Assembly: GCA_035563515.1 (NCBI GenBank)
Contig: DATMVE010000059.1
Coordinates: 22,725 to 86,724, forward strand
Source: Pyrinomonadaceae bacterium
GTDB lineage: Bacteria; Acidobacteriota; Blastocatellia; Pyrinomonadales; Pyrinomonadaceae
Direction of reading: 5' to 3'
DNA: 64,000 nt
Every line of letters begins with the position of its first letter. Positions within the stretch are counted from its first letter, which is position 1. Both the position numbers and the translations under genes were made by a program. Shown here in pieces: positions 33,879-43,891 of this stretch. The notes under the pieces are model-generated. The model searched no databases and was not told where the DNA came from. It saw nothing but the letters and a program-made list of their open reading frames with translations.

Positions 33879-35090
33879 ATGGCCCAGATGATTTCCGTCG
33901 AAGAAGCCGTCCGCATCGTCAAGGAGCGAACGCCCGCGCTCGGGGCCGAAAGCGTCGCGCTCGCGGACGCTCTCGGGCGCGTGCTCGCCGAAGAGGTCGT
34001 GGCCGATTCGGACTTGCCGCCGTTCGACCGCGCGCAGATGGACGGCTACGCCGTGCGCGCCGCGGACACGGCGGGCGCGCCCGCGAGCCTGCGCGTCGTC
34101 GGCGAGTCTGCGGCCGGGCGCGGGTGGAAGAATGAGATGAAGCCGGGCGAGGCCGTGCGCATCATGACGGGCGCGCCCGTGCCCGCGGGCGCGGACAGCG
34201 TGCAGAAGGTCGAAGTGACGAAGGAGCAGGACGGCCGCGTGGAAATCTTCGAGGCCGCGGGCGCGGGCCAGTTCATCGTCAGGCGCGCGAGCGAGGTTAA
34301 AATGGGCCAGACGGTCTTGGAGGCGGGCGAAGAGATCAACGCGGCGCGCATGGCCGCGCTCGCCTCGTTCGGCCACGCGGAGGTCCGCGTCGGCAAGCGC
34401 CCGCGGGCGGCCGTCCTGGCGACGGGGACGGAGTTGGTCGCCGTCCACGAGACGCCGGACGCGGACCAGATTCGGGACTCGAACACCTACTCGCTCGCGG
34501 CCTACGCCCGACTCGCGGGGGCCGAAGTCGAGCGCCTGCCGCTGGCGGGCGACGACCCGGAACTACTGAAGCGCGAAATCGCCGCGGCGGCCGCGCGCTC
34601 CGACCTGCTCGTCCTGTCGGGCGGCGTCTCGATGGGCGTTTACGATTTCACGAAGGCCGCGCTGAAGGAACTCGACGCCGAAATCTTTTTCGAGCGCGTC
34701 AGCCTGCGCCCAGGCAAGCCCACGGTCTTCGCGCGCCTCGGCGAGACGCTCGTCTTCGGCCTTCCCGGCAACCCGGTCTCCGTCTCCGTGACTTTCAATC
34801 TGTTCGCGCGCACCGCCCTGCGCGCGATGCAAGGTTGCACGGAGGCTGCCATGCCTGAAGAGCGTGCCGTGCTGGCGCGCAGTGTCAAAGGCTCCGCGGA
34901 GCGCGCGAGTTATCTTCCCGCGCGTCTTTCGACGGACGAGGAAGGGAGGCTCGTCGCGGAGCCGCTGAAGTGGGGCGGCTCGTCCGACTTCGTCGCGTTC
35001 GCGCGCGCCACCGCGCTCGTCGTCGTGCCCGAAGGTGTGCCAATTCTCGAAGGCGGGGCGAAAGTGCGCGTCGTGCGTCTTCCCGGCTGA
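33879..35090 (+). CDS. moeA: Molybdopterin molybdenumtransferase MoeA
   Basis: ATG 33879. N-terminus ISVEEAV...LPPFDRAQMDGYAVRAAD, and central and C-terminal MoeA domains recognisable. Confidence 0.9.
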   Translation: MAQMISVEEAVRIVKERTPALGAESVALADALGRVLAEEVVADSDLPPFDRAQMDGYAVRAADTAGAPASLRVVGESAAGRGWKNEMKPGEAVRIMTGAPVPAGADSVQKVEVTKEQDGRVEIFEAAGAGQFIVRRASEVKMGQTVLEAGEEINAARMAALASFGHAEVRVGKRPRAAVLATGTELVAVHETPDADQIRDSNTYSLAAYARLAGAEVERLPLAGDDPELLKREIAAAAARSDLLVLSGGVSMGVYDFTKAALKELDAEIFFERVSLRPGKPTVFARLGETLVFGLPGNPVSVSVTFNLFARTALRAMQGCTEAAMPEERAVLARSVKGSAERASYLPARLSTDEEGRLVAEPLKWGGSSDFVAFARATALVVVPEGVPILEGGAKVRVVRLPG

Positions 35091-35094
35091 CCCT

Positions 35095-36981
35095 ATGGAA
35101 AAAGAGAAAGCGCCGGAAGCCGCGGAAGAATTGGCACAAGCCGCTCCGCCCGGAGGCGAGCCGTCAGTCGGAGAGCCTCCCCCTCGTCGTCGGCCCGCGA
35201 CCGGCCGGACAGTCCTCATCTGCTCGCTCGTCTTCCTGGCCGCCTTCGTCTGCCGCCTGCTCTCCTGGCAGGACAACCGCTTCGAAGCGCGCAAAGTCCA
35301 GACGATGGTGACGGAGGGCTACAAGCACACCGCGCGCCTCCTGCGCGAGGGCGGCGTCTCCTCCTTCTTCAGCCCCTCGTCGCCGCTCGCGGACCCCAAC
35401 CACCTCGGCCACCCGCCCGGCTACCCAGTCATGATAGCCGCCGTCTTCGGCCTCTTCGGCGAATCCGACGCGGCGCTTCAAATCGTCCAACTGCTCGCGG
35501 ACTCGGCCGCGGCGGTCGTCGTCTTCCTCATCGCGCTCGCCCTCTTCGACACTTCGACGGCGACGGTGGCGGGCCTGCTCGTCGCGCTCGCGCCGCAGTT
35601 CACCTACAACTCGGTGATGCTTCTCCCGGACACGCTCGCGGTCCTCCCGGTCCTGCTCGCCGTCTACTGCCTCGTGCGCGCTGTGAAGACACCGCGCCTC
35701 ATCTGGTTCGTCGCGGCGGGCGCGCTCGTGGGCCTCTCGTGCTGGCTGCGCGCCAACGCCATGCTGCTCGCGCCGTTCATGGCGGCCGCGATCCCTTTGC
35801 TGTTCGAGCGCGGGAGGCGGCTGCGCCCGGCGCTCGCGCTCGTCGGCGGGGCCGTGCTCGTCGTCGCGCCGCTCACCGTCAGGAACGCAATCGTCTACAG
35901 ACATTTTGTGCCAGTCTCGCTCGGCGCGGGGCAGACGTTTCTCGAAGGCATCGCGGATTACGACGACGGGAGCCTGGGCATCCCGAACACTGACATGGGG
36001 CTGATGAAGTGGGAGGCCCAGCGCTACGACCGGCCCGACTACTACGGCACGCTTTTCAACCCGGACGGCGTCCGCCGCGACCGCCGGCGGCTGGCCGAAG
36101 GTTTCGCCGTCATACGCTCGCGCCCCTTCTGGTTCGCGGGCGTCATGCTCCGCCGCGCAGGCTCCATGCTGCGCCTCGAACGCGTGCGCCTGATCTCGGC
36201 GGACCCTCCCGTCACACACTCGCTCGCCGTCGCGGACGACGCGCACGCCGCCTGGTCCGCCTCGCCGCAGGATTTATTGGCACAGGGAATTGTCGAATCG
36301 AACGCCGTCCGGCTCTCGCCCGCCGCGGACGCCCCCTTGCTCAACGTCAGCGGTGACGACTCCAGAGTCCAGTTCACCTCCCCGGCCGCCCCCGTCGAGG
36401 GGCAGACCGATTACGTCTTGAAGCTGCCGGTCAGAATCGAGCAGGGGCGCGTGATGGCGAGCGTCTTGGGCGACGGCCACGAATACGCCTCGGCGATCAT
36501 CGAAGTGCAGGACTGGAAGACGCGTGACGAGCAGCCGCTCAACACCATCGAGCTTCCATTCGTCAGCCGCGGCCCAGGTCAGGTCCGCTTGGTCTTAACG
36601 AACGCGGGTGTGCAGGGCACGCCGCCTGTACTACAACTCGGCGAGGCGCGGCTCTACGCGCTCGGCCCCGCCTCTTTCAACTGGACGCGAATCCCGCGCG
36701 CCGCCCTGCGCCTCGTCCAGAAACTTTTCATCACCGCCGTCATGCTCCCGCTCTCCCTCTTCGGCCTCTTCCTCCTGCTTCGCGCGCGCCGCCGCCGGGC
36801 ACTAGTCCTCCTGCTCGTCGTCCCCGCCTACTACCTGGCTATCCAGTCGGCGCTCCACACGGAGTACCGCTACGTCCTGGCGATTCATCACTTCCTCTTC
36901 ATCCTCGCCGCAGTCACCCTCTGCCACGCGGGCGTCCATCTGTGGCGACTGCGCCGAAAGATTCAACTCAAGCAAAGCTAG
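35095..36981 (+). CDS. GT39/ArnT-like (PMT_2) membrane glycosyltransferase with a C-terminal soluble domain
   Basis: ATG 35095. Multiple TM helices with an HPPGYP-type loop typical of the ArnT/PMT family. Confidence 0.65.
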   Translation: MEKEKAPEAAEELAQAAPPGGEPSVGEPPPRRRPATGRTVLICSLVFLAAFVCRLLSWQDNRFEARKVQTMVTEGYKHTARLLREGGVSSFFSPSSPLADPNHLGHPPGYPVMIAAVFGLFGESDAALQIVQLLADSAAAVVVFLIALALFDTSTATVAGLLVALAPQFTYNSVMLLPDTLAVLPVLLAVYCLVRAVKTPRLIWFVAAGALVGLSCWLRANAMLLAPFMAAAIPLLFERGRRLRPALALVGGAVLVVAPLTVRNAIVYRHFVPVSLGAGQTFLEGIADYDDGSLGIPNTDMGLMKWEAQRYDRPDYYGTLFNPDGVRRDRRRLAEGFAVIRSRPFWFAGVMLRRAGSMLRLERVRLISADPPVTHSLAVADDAHAAWSASPQDLLAQGIVESNAVRLSPAADAPLLNVSGDDSRVQFTSPAAPVEGQTDYVLKLPVRIEQGRVMASVLGDGHEYASAIIEVQDWKTRDEQPLNTIELPFVSRGPGQVRLVLTNAGVQGTPPVLQLGEARLYALGPASFNWTRIPRAALRLVQKLFITAVMLPLSLFGLFLLLRARRRRALVLLLVVPAYYLAIQSALHTEYRYVLAIHHFLFILAAVTLCHAGVHLWRLRRKIQLKQS

Positions 36982-37034
36982 GCTGTGAACCCCGGCTTTT
37001 ACTTTTCCTCCCGTTTAAGGTTTACTCTGCCGTT

Positions 37035-37529
37035 ATGAAACGTCTTTCGCACATGGACGACGAGGGGCGCGTGAAGATGGTTGACACGTCGGCGAAAGAA
37101 GCGACGGCGCGGCGCGCGGTCGCCTCGGCGCGCGTCCTCATGTCGCCGGAAACGCTCGCGGCCGTGCGCGAGCACCGCACGCCGAAGGGCGACCCTTTGG
37201 AGACGGCACGCCTCGCAGGCATCATGGCCGCCAAGCGCACGGCCGAACTCATTCCGCTCTGCCACCCGCTCCCGCTCACGCACGTCGAGGTCCGCGCGGA
37301 AATCCAAAGCTCCGGCGTCTTCATCGAAGCAGAGGCCGCGACCCGCGCGCAGACCGGCGTGGAGATGGAGGCGCTGACGGCCGCAACTGTCGCCGCGCTC
37401 ACCGTCTACGACATGTGCAAGGCCGTGGACAAGGGCATCACGATTACAGACGTGCGGCTCGAAGAGAAGACCGGCGGCAAGTCCGGCGAGTACGTGAGGC
37501 GAAAGGAAAAAGGTAAAAGGAAAAAGTAA
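37035..37529 (+). CDS. moaC: Cyclic pyranopterin monophosphate synthase MoaC
   Basis: ATG 37035. [31 protein letters not shown] and [24 protein letters not shown] are diagnostic. Confidence 0.92.
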   Translation: MKRLSHMDDEGRVKMVDTSAKEATARRAVASARVLMSPETLAAVREHRTPKGDPLETARLAGIMAAKRTAELIPLCHPLPLTHVEVRAEIQSSGVFIEAEAATRAQTGVEMEALTAATVAALTVYDMCKAVDKGITITDVRLEEKTGGKSGEYVRRKEKGKRKK

Positions 37530-37635
37530 GGAACAGCCGGGGGGCCGCCGTCGTTCTCAATTTTGTCTTTCCCCTTTAGGCTTTTTCCCATTACAATGGG
37601 TTTCGAATGGTTCGGAAGTTTTCCCTGAGCGGAGT

Positions 37636-38397
37636 TTGAAGATGAGACTAAACAGCATTTCCGCCGACGCGCGCCCGCAGGTTCGCACCCTGCTGATCGC
37701 GGCGGCCGCCACCATAGCGCTCTGGTACATCCCCTTCCTCAGCGTCCTGAGCTACCCGTTTAACATCTTCGTCACCTTCATACACGAAGGCGGCCACGCG
37801 CTGGCCGCGCTTTTGACCGGCAACTCGGTCGCGAGTCTGAGCGTGGCGACGGACGGGAGCGGTTTGACTTACACGACGACGAGCGGCCTCGTCTCGCAGA
37901 CGATTGTTTCGAGCGCGGGCTACCTGGGCGCGATGGCCTACGGCGCGCTGCTCCTCTTTTTGATTCGCCGCGCGGTGGCCGCGCGCTACGTCCTGGTCGG
38001 CACGGGCGCTTTCATCCTCGCGCTGACGCTCATCTTCGGCCTCGGGAGCCTGTTCACCATCGTCATGGGCGTCGGCATCACGGCCGCCCTCGTCGCGATA
38101 GCCGTCTACGGCGGCCCGCGCGTCGCGACCTTCTTCGTCAGCTTCCTGGCCGTGCAGTCCGTCCTGAACGCCCTGCTCGACCTGAAGAACCTCTTCTTCT
38201 ACTCGTTCGTCCCCGGCGCGCACTCGGACGCGGCGAACATGGCGAACGCGACCGGCATCCCCGCGCTCTTCTGGACCGTCGCCTGGATAGGGCTCGCCTT
38301 CGTGATCCTGTCGCTCGCCCTGCGCGCCTACTCCGCGAGCTGCGAGCGCAAGAACCGTCAGCAGGACTTGCCGTTCGAAGAGCCGCTCGGAGTTTAA
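37636..38397 (+). CDS. M50B-like membrane metallopeptidase
   Basis: FIHEGGHALAALLTG (HExxH variant) within a polytopic membrane protein. The start may be ATG 37642. Confidence 0.7.
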   Translation: MKMRLNSISADARPQVRTLLIAAAATIALWYIPFLSVLSYPFNIFVTFIHEGGHALAALLTGNSVASLSVATDGSGLTYTTTSGLVSQTIVSSAGYLGAMAYGALLLFLIRRAVAARYVLVGTGAFILALTLIFGLGSLFTIVMGVGITAALVAIAVYGGPRVATFFVSFLAVQSVLNALLDLKNLFFYSFVPGAHSDAANMANATGIPALFWTVAWIGLAFVILSLALRAYSASCERKNRQQDLPFEEPLGV

Positions 38398-38406
38398 GAG
38401 AAGACC

Positions 38407-38745
38407 TTGAGCGCGAACCTTGAGAGGCCGCCCGGCGACTTGGCTGCGAGTACAGCCAAGTCGCCGGGCGGCCTCGACGCTTCAACCGATTGCGAAACCA
38501 GCCTGACGCTCGGCTCGCTGCACGTCGGCGCGCGCATCGTCCTGCGCTGCCGCAAGGACTGGCGCGACGCGACGGTCGCCGCGCGCTCTGACGTAGAGGT
38601 CACGCTCCTGGTCGGCTCGCCCTCGGGCCACACCTACCGGCTCCGCCGCCCCGCGGATTCCCCGCTCTCCCTGGACGGCTCCATCCCCGTCCTCGGCGAA
38701 GGCTCCTGGCGCGCCGGCCGCGTCAGATACGACCTCCGCTGGTAA
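38407..38745 (+). CDS. Hypothetical protein (start uncertain)
   Basis: Very high GC3 from about 38500 to the stop. The only in-frame starts (TTG 38407, TTG 38439) lie inside or before the 23-bp hairpin. Confidence 0.45.
   Translation: MSANLERPPGDLAASTAKSPGGLDASTDCETSLTLGSLHVGARIVLRCRKDWRDATVAARSDVEVTLLVGSPSGHTYRLRRPADSPLSLDGSIPVLGEGSWRAGRVRYDLRW
38424..38475 (+). terminator. Perfect 23-bp hairpin after the M50B gene (no U tract)
   Basis: gaggccgcccggcgacttggctg / cagccaagtcgccgggcggcctc with a 6-nt loop, 27 nt after the stop at 38395-38397. Confidence 0.5.
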
Positions 38746-38764
38746 GAACAACAGGGACTACGAG

Positions 38765-38815
38765 ACAACACGAAGCGACACGAAACATCTGTTCTTTCGT
38801 GTCGCTTCGTGTTGT
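38765..38815. terminator. Perfect 21-bp hairpin between convergent genes
   Basis: acaacacgaagcgacacgaaa / tttcgtgtcgcttcgtgttgt. Confidence 0.7.
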
Positions 38816-38852
38816 TTCGCGGTTCGTTTCTGCTTCTTTACTCGGGACCCTC

Positions 38853-39392
38853 TTACTTAAACTTGACCGCCGTGACTTCCATGTTGATGGTGGCCTGCCC
38901 GGCCTCGATCTTGGCCTTGTCTTCGCCGCGGAAGCCCGGAATCGAGATCGGGGCTCGGGCCGTCCCGTTGTTCTCCAACTCTGTGAGAGAGCCAGACGGA
39001 AGCACTACTTTAGTGCGCTCCTTGATGAGCTTGCCGTCGAGCCCCGTGACAGAGGCCCTCATCTCTAACCCCGTGATGGTGCGCCCGGTGAAATTCCTGA
39101 CGGTCGTGGCGAGGTTCATCTGGACATCGCCCGCGACGCTGCTCCCGTATTCGGCCACGGGCTCGTCGAGCTTAATCATCTCGCGCGCCTTGTCGAACTC
39201 GGGCGACCCGGCGCGCAGGCCCCCTTCGAGCTTCGGCTCCGGGGCGAGGCCGCCGGGCTTCGGGTCCGGCCGCGTCTTCAGAAAGACTATCAGCCCGGCG
39301 GCCAGCAGCACCGCGACCGCGCCCGCGATGATGAAAATTGTTTTCCTGGGGCCGTCCGCGTCCCGCCGGCCGCTCTCGCTCGTAATAGCCAT
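38853..39392 (-). CDS. Membrane-anchored hypothetical protein
   Basis: ATG 39392 (the ORF track extends to a GTG at 39443). Single TM TIFIIAGAVAVLLAAGLIVFL followed by a soluble domain. Confidence 0.6.
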   Translation of the reverse strand: MAITSESGRRDADGPRKTIFIIAGAVAVLLAAGLIVFLKTRPDPKPGGLAPEPKLEGGLRAGSPEFDKAREMIKLDEPVAEYGSSVAGDVQMNLATTVRNFTGRTITGLEMRASVTGLDGKLIKERTKVVLPSGSLTELENNGTARAPISIPGFRGEDKAKIEAGQATINMEVTAVKFK

Positions 39393-39515
39393 CGCTCCCC
39401 TTCCCCCAGCCGCGCTGTTTTTTATTTGCCTAGAAGGATACACCCGCGCGCCCGAGTATGGAAACTTTAGACCCCTCGCCCGGCGGAAATGTTCCCCGGC
39501 CGGATTTTGGGCCAG

Positions 39516-41909
39516 TTACTTCCCTTTGGCTCGGGTGCGCTGGCGAATGACCTCCACGGCCTCGCGCGGCGGGGGCACAGTCTTCTCCACGAGCGAGCCG
39601 GTGCCCGTGCGCTGGCGGACGCTGCGCGGCCAGGTGATGAGGAAGCGGCTGCCCGCGTCGGGCTTGCTCTCGACCGCGATCTCGCCTTCGAGCAGCTCCA
39701 CGATCTTGCGCGTGATGGCGAGGCCGAGGCCCGTCCCGCCGTAGGAGCGCGCGAGGCGGTCGTCCACCTGCCGGAACTCGTCGAAGATGTAGGTCAGCGC
39801 CTCGCTCGAAATTCCTATCCCCGTGTCGCTCACTTCCAGCGACCAGCGGTCCGCGCCGACGGGTGCGGCCTTGACGGTGACGCTCCCCGCGGTCGTGAAC
39901 TTGACGGCGTTGCCCACCAGGTTCGAGAGCACCTGCTCAAGCTTGTGCCTGTCCGTCCAGACCTGGCCCAGTTCGTCCGAGACCTCTGCGCGCACCTCTA
40001 TGCGCTTCTCCCGCGCCTCGCGCTCGTAGTCCTTCACGATCCCCCGTATCGCCTCGCCCACGTCCACCTGCTCCAGGTGGAGCGCGGCGCGGCCCGCTTC
40101 GAGCCGCGAGTAGTCCAGGAGGTCGTTGACCAGCTCAAGCAGCGAGCGCGCGTTGCGCTCCATGCGGGTGACGGCCTCGTTCTGCAAGGGCGCGAGCGGC
40201 AAGGAGCGGTCGCGCGCGAGAAGTTGGCACAGTCCGATGATGACGTTCAGGGGCGTGCGCAGCTCGTGCGAGATGTTCGAGACGAAGGCGGACTTCAGCC
40301 GGTCGTGCTCGCGCAGGCGGTCGTAGGCGGCGACCAGCTCGTTGTGCTGCTTGACCTCTTCGGTGATGTCGCGGAAGACGGCGACCGCGCCCTCCGCGCG
40401 GCCGTCCTCGCCCGTGAGCGGCGTGGCCGAGATGGCTACGACGCGCGGCGAGCCGTCCGACTGGACGACTTCCAACTGCTCGCCCGAGAGGTGCTCGCGG
40501 CGTTCGAGCGCGCGCCAGAGAGGGTGCTCTTCCGGCGCGAGTTCGCGGCCCGCGAGGTCTCTGAAATTCATGTCCGCGATGAGGGCCTCGGCCCCGTCGC
40601 GGAACTCGGCGGGCGTGCGCCCGATGATCTGCGCGCCGGCGGGGTTGACGCGGTAGCGCCCCTGCCGGTTGATGATGATGACGCCCTCGTTCATCTGGTT
40701 GATGACGCTTTCGAGCTCGGCGGCGCGCGTGCGCTCGGAGGCGAAGGCGGCGGTCGCGAGTTTTTCGGCGCGGACGCGCTTGGCGACCTCCGAGAGGATC
40801 AGGATGAGGTCGCCGCGGCCCGCGCTGCGCGCGCTCGTGGGCCAAATCGTCACGTCCCAGAAGCTGCCCGACTCGGCGTCGTGCGCCTCGTGTTCGGCGC
40901 GCGCGACGAGGTTCAGGGGGAGGCCGTAGGTGACGAAGGGTTTGCGCGTGCGGCGCACGTCCTCGACGATGTCGCTCAGGACGGCCAGGCCCGCGGCCGC
41001 CTCGTAGAGCCCGCGCCCCGCGAGCGCGGCCGCCTCGCGGCCCGTGAAGCGCGCGAACGTCGAGTTGGCCTTGCGGACTATCAGGCGCTCGTCCAGCACG
41101 GCCAGCCCGAGCGGGAGCCCGTCCAGCACCTCTTCGATGAAGGCCCCCTGCGTCTGCAACTCGGTGAACTTCGTTTCCAATTGCGACGCCATCACGTTGA
41201 AGCTCTGCGCGAGCCCGCCGACTTCGTCGTCCGTCTCGACCGCGGCGCGCTCCTGCAACTGCCCGCCGCCGAGCGTGGAGGCCGTGGCCGCTAGTTTCCT
41301 CAAGGGCTTGGTGAATCGGCCGACGGCCCAGACGCCGAGCAGGGTGGAGGCCAGCAGCGCGACGGCCCACGTGGCCGTCAGCATGAACCCGGACTGGCCC
41401 GCGCTGGTGTCCTCGGCCACGGGCACGCCGACGGCGATGCTCCACCCGAACGGCTCGACGCGTCTCGCGCCCGTCATGCGCGTCACGTTGTCACTCCAAC
41501 GCACGCGCGCGGCCTGGGCCAATTCATTGGCGGACGGCGGGGCGTGCGTCTGAGCGTCGGCGTTAGCGAGCGGCCGCCCTTCGGCGTCGAAGACGGCGAT
41601 GGCGGTCCCGGCGTGCCCGCCCGCGTCGCGCTCCAGGCGCGAGTAAAGAGCGCGCGCCTCGTGCGGTGGAATGTCCCTCGAACGTTTGACGTAAGGCTGG
41701 TGGTCTTCGAGCCAGGAGAAGAGTGCGCCAGCGGCGGCGTTGGTCTCTATGCGCGCGGTGGCCGCGGCCTGCTCGTCCAGGTCGCGGCGGTAGTTGCGCA
41801 GTTGAATCAGGCTGACGACGAGCAGCGGCAGAGACAAGACGGCCAGGAGCAGCAGGAGCTTGGCCCGCACGCTCTTGAGCATCGGTAATGTCCCGCCCGG
41901 CTTCGTCAT
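39516..41909 (-). CDS. Sensor histidine kinase (TM, periplasmic domain, HAMP, PAS, HisKA, HATPase_c)
   Basis: H-box FVSNISHELRTPLN, N-box LSNLVGNAVKF, G-boxes DTGIGI and GGTGLGLAI. Confidence 0.9.
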   Translation of the reverse strand: MTKPGGTLPMLKSVRAKLLLLLAVLSLPLLVVSLIQLRNYRRDLDEQAAATARIETNAAAGALFSWLEDHQPYVKRSRDIPPHEARALYSRLERDAGGHAGTAIAVFDAEGRPLANADAQTHAPPSANELAQAARVRWSDNVTRMTGARRVEPFGWSIAVGVPVAEDTSAGQSGFMLTATWAVALLASTLLGVWAVGRFTKPLRKLAATASTLGGGQLQERAAVETDDEVGGLAQSFNVMASQLETKFTELQTQGAFIEEVLDGLPLGLAVLDERLIVRKANSTFARFTGREAAALAGRGLYEAAAGLAVLSDIVEDVRRTRKPFVTYGLPLNLVARAEHEAHDAESGSFWDVTIWPTSARSAGRGDLILILSEVAKRVRAEKLATAAFASERTRAAELESVINQMNEGVIIINRQGRYRVNPAGAQIIGRTPAEFRDGAEALIADMNFRDLAGRELAPEEHPLWRALERREHLSGEQLEVVQSDGSPRVVAISATPLTGEDGRAEGAVAVFRDITEEVKQHNELVAAYDRLREHDRLKSAFVSNISHELRTPLNVIIGLCQLLARDRSLPLAPLQNEAVTRMERNARSLLELVNDLLDYSRLEAGRAALHLEQVDVGEAIRGIVKDYEREAREKRIEVRAEVSDELGQVWTDRHKLEQVLSNLVGNAVKFTTAGSVTVKAAPVGADRWSLEVSDTGIGISSEALTYIFDEFRQVDDRLARSYGGTGLGLAITRKIVELLEGEIAVESKPDAGSRFLITWPRSVRQRTGTGSLVEKTVPPPREAVEVIRQRTRAKGK

Positions 41910-42424
41910 CGCCTCCTGTCCTCCGGGAAGTCCGTCCGTCGGCGGCGCGGCGGCGGCCAGACGGAGGTGCGCGTCGCAACTGGCGGGCGAAGACTGGCGG
42001 CATAAACAACTACAACCTGCGCGAGCAATTCGTCCACGAAGCGGTCGGCGCGCCTGAGCGCGTCGCGCAATTCCCTTAAGTCTCCCTCGGTGGCGGTAAA
42101 CCCCTCACGCCACAAAAAATCGTTAAAGACCCTACGAAAAATTATCAACTCGCGTGCCACTTCATCAATCAGAGCGCCCTGGTGGAAGCGGACCTGCGGG
42201 TAGGCGCGCAGGCGGCGTGTGGCCTCAAGGATTTCCGCGTCGGTCGCGCCCTGGTCGAGCGCGGAGGCTATTTCTTGCAGAGTGTCCGGTAAATGGTCCA
42301 CCAACTGCCCGTAAGAGAGGACGGCGGGCACCTCCGTACGCGGCTCCGCATACATTCCGTCCACCCAGGCGCTGACGATTGATTCCTCGTGCTCAAGCAC
42401 GAGCGTGGTGAAGTTCTGCGACAT
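41906..42424 (-). CDS. Cytoplasmic helical protein, possibly an RsbR-N/globin-like sensor module, coupled to the kinase
   Basis: Its stop overlaps the kinase start by 4 nt. Family call is tentative. Confidence 0.5.
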   Translation of the reverse strand: MSQNFTTLVLEHEESIVSAWVDGMYAEPRTEVPAVLSYGQLVDHLPDTLQEIASALDQGATDAEILEATRRLRAYPQVRFHQGALIDEVARELIIFRRVFNDFLWREGFTATEGDLRELRDALRRADRFVDELLAQVVVVYAASLRPPVATRTSVWPPPRRRRTDFPEDRRR

Positions 42425-42434
42425 AGGGAGAGAA

Positions 42435-42521
42435 GCGGGCAGTAGACAGTGGGCAGTGGGCAGTTAAAAGAAAAACGCTTTTTGTCTTAACTGCCCACTG
42501 CCGACTGCCCACTGCCTACTG
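42435..42521. repeat. Heptamer-built hairpin (CAGTGGG-type words) between co-directional genes
   Basis: The left arm 42435-42467 ends in GGCAGTTAA. The right arm 42487-42521 begins TTAACTGCC and has one more 7-mer than the left. Confidence 0.8.
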
Positions 42522-42953
42522 TTTTTTCGGCAGGAGGCGGCTCAGGAGCGCCTCCAGTTGGTCGAAGTCTATGGGCTTGGTGACGTAGTCGTTGCAGCCT
42601 GCGGCGAGCGCGTCGGCGTGAAAATCGGCCGTGTCGTGCGCGGAGACGGCGACAATCGGGACATCCCGCATGTCCGGGTACTGGCGTATGCGGCGCGTGG
42701 CGGCCAGCCCGTCCAGTTGCGGGAGACTCAAATCCATCAGGATCAGTTGCGGCCGCTCCCTGAACGCCAGTTCGACGGCCTCCTCGCCGTTGACGGCCTC
42801 CAGCACGCGATAGCCGCTCATCTCCAGCAAGCGCCTCATCATAAAACGGTTATCTTCGAAGTCCTCGACCACCATGACGGTGGGGCGCGCGCCGCCGTTG
42901 TCCCTGTCCATCACCACGTACTCCATTATAGGACTAAATTGTTGAATTTCCAC
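42516..42953 (-). CDS. Single-domain response regulator (CheY-like receiver)
   Basis: VMVVEDFEDN, LILMDLSLPQLDG (phospho-acceptor Asp), VSAH, KP motifs. Confidence 0.88.
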   Translation of the reverse strand: MEIQQFSPIMEYVVMDRDNGGARPTVMVVEDFEDNRFMMRRLLEMSGYRVLEAVNGEEAVELAFRERPQLILMDLSLPQLDGLAATRRIRQYPDMRDVPIVAVSAHDTADFHADALAAGCNDYVTKPIDFDQLEALLSRLLPKKQ

Positions 42954-43123
42954 GAAGATTTATACCTCACACAATGCATGGCTAGCATACGCTTGCGTTT
43001 TTTGTTAAGATGCCGCATCGAAACGCAACACAACAAACCGCGCCGTTTGGGCTCTATCCGTACACGCGGTCTGACCCTGCAAGCCACCCAGAGTGCTGAA
43101 GTAGCAACCGGCGGGCGGGGCAT

Positions 43124-43789
43124 TTGAGCGATATGAAGCCGCTAAAATCGGAGACTCAGGACTTAGCCGCGCTCCAGGAACTGGGGCGCGCCTCCGTCCA
43201 GATAGTCCACGACTTAAAAAACCAGCTAAACGGTCTCAAACTCTATGCCACATTCCTGCGCAAGCGCATGGAGAAGGCGGACCGCCCGCAGGACGAGCAG
43301 GAAACGGTCGCCAAGCTCATCGCCGGGCTTGAGCGCGCCGCCTCCGACATGACCACGCTCGTGCGCATGGGACGCCCCCTTGAGTTGCGCCGCCAGCCGC
43401 AGACGGACCTCGTCAAAATCCTGAAAGGCGTCGAGGAGACGGAAGGCGTGCGCGTCGAGACGGAGGCCGCGGAACTCCCCGGCGACTTCGACGTGGCGGC
43501 CATCACGGAGGCTTTCAAGACAATCACAACGAACGCGCTCGCGCTCGGCCCCGCCAGCGACGACGCGGCCGTGACAGTACGGCTCGCGCACGGCGAGGGC
43601 GGGCGGAGCGCGATTGTCGAGTGGCGCGGCGTGAAGAACGCGAACGGCGACGACCCGTTTCACTCCTTCGCCGGGAGCGAGGGTCTGCGCATGTCGCTCG
43701 CCGCCAAGATCATCGAAGCGCACGGCGGCGAAACGGGCTCCGACGCGCACACCCTGCGCGCCGAGTTACCATTGGGAGAAAGCTCGTGA
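43124..43789 (+). CDS. Small cytoplasmic histidine-kinase-like protein with a degenerate ATPase domain
   Basis: H-box-like QIVHDLKNQLNGL. C-terminal GSEGLRMSLAAKIIEAHGG resembles the G2 box, but the G1 box is not evident. Confidence 0.6.
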   Translation: MSDMKPLKSETQDLAALQELGRASVQIVHDLKNQLNGLKLYATFLRKRMEKADRPQDEQETVAKLIAGLERAASDMTTLVRMGRPLELRRQPQTDLVKILKGVEETEGVRVETEAAELPGDFDVAAITEAFKTITTNALALGPASDDAAVTVRLAHGEGGRSAIVEWRGVKNANGDDPFHSFAGSEGLRMSLAAKIIEAHGGETGSDAHTLRAELPLGESS

Positions 43790-43814
43790 AGCGTGAGTCA
43801 TAAGCGAAAGACCG

Positions 43815-43871
43815 TTCACCTATTCACGATTTGCGATTCACGATTCACGATTCACGGATTTTCGATTTACG
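43815..43871. repeat. One-armed tandem array of about seven degenerate TTCACGA heptamers
   Basis: ttcaccta ttcacga tttgcga ttcacga ttcacga ttcacgg attttcga tttacg. No local inverted partner. Confidence 0.75.
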
Positions 43872-43891
43872 TCTTTTTATAGGAGCAAAAG

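Noticed and set aside
39489-41294. 601-aa plus-strand ORF and the 436-aa alternative minus-strand frame (40135..41445)
   Set aside because: Both overlap the histidine kinase, which has unambiguous H, N and G boxes. These frames give low-complexity Arg/Gly/Ala-rich products.
42979-42996. Sigma-54 promoter-like TGGCTAGCATACGCTTGC in the divergent regulatory region
   Set aside because: The GG and GC elements are separated by 13 nt instead of the required 10.
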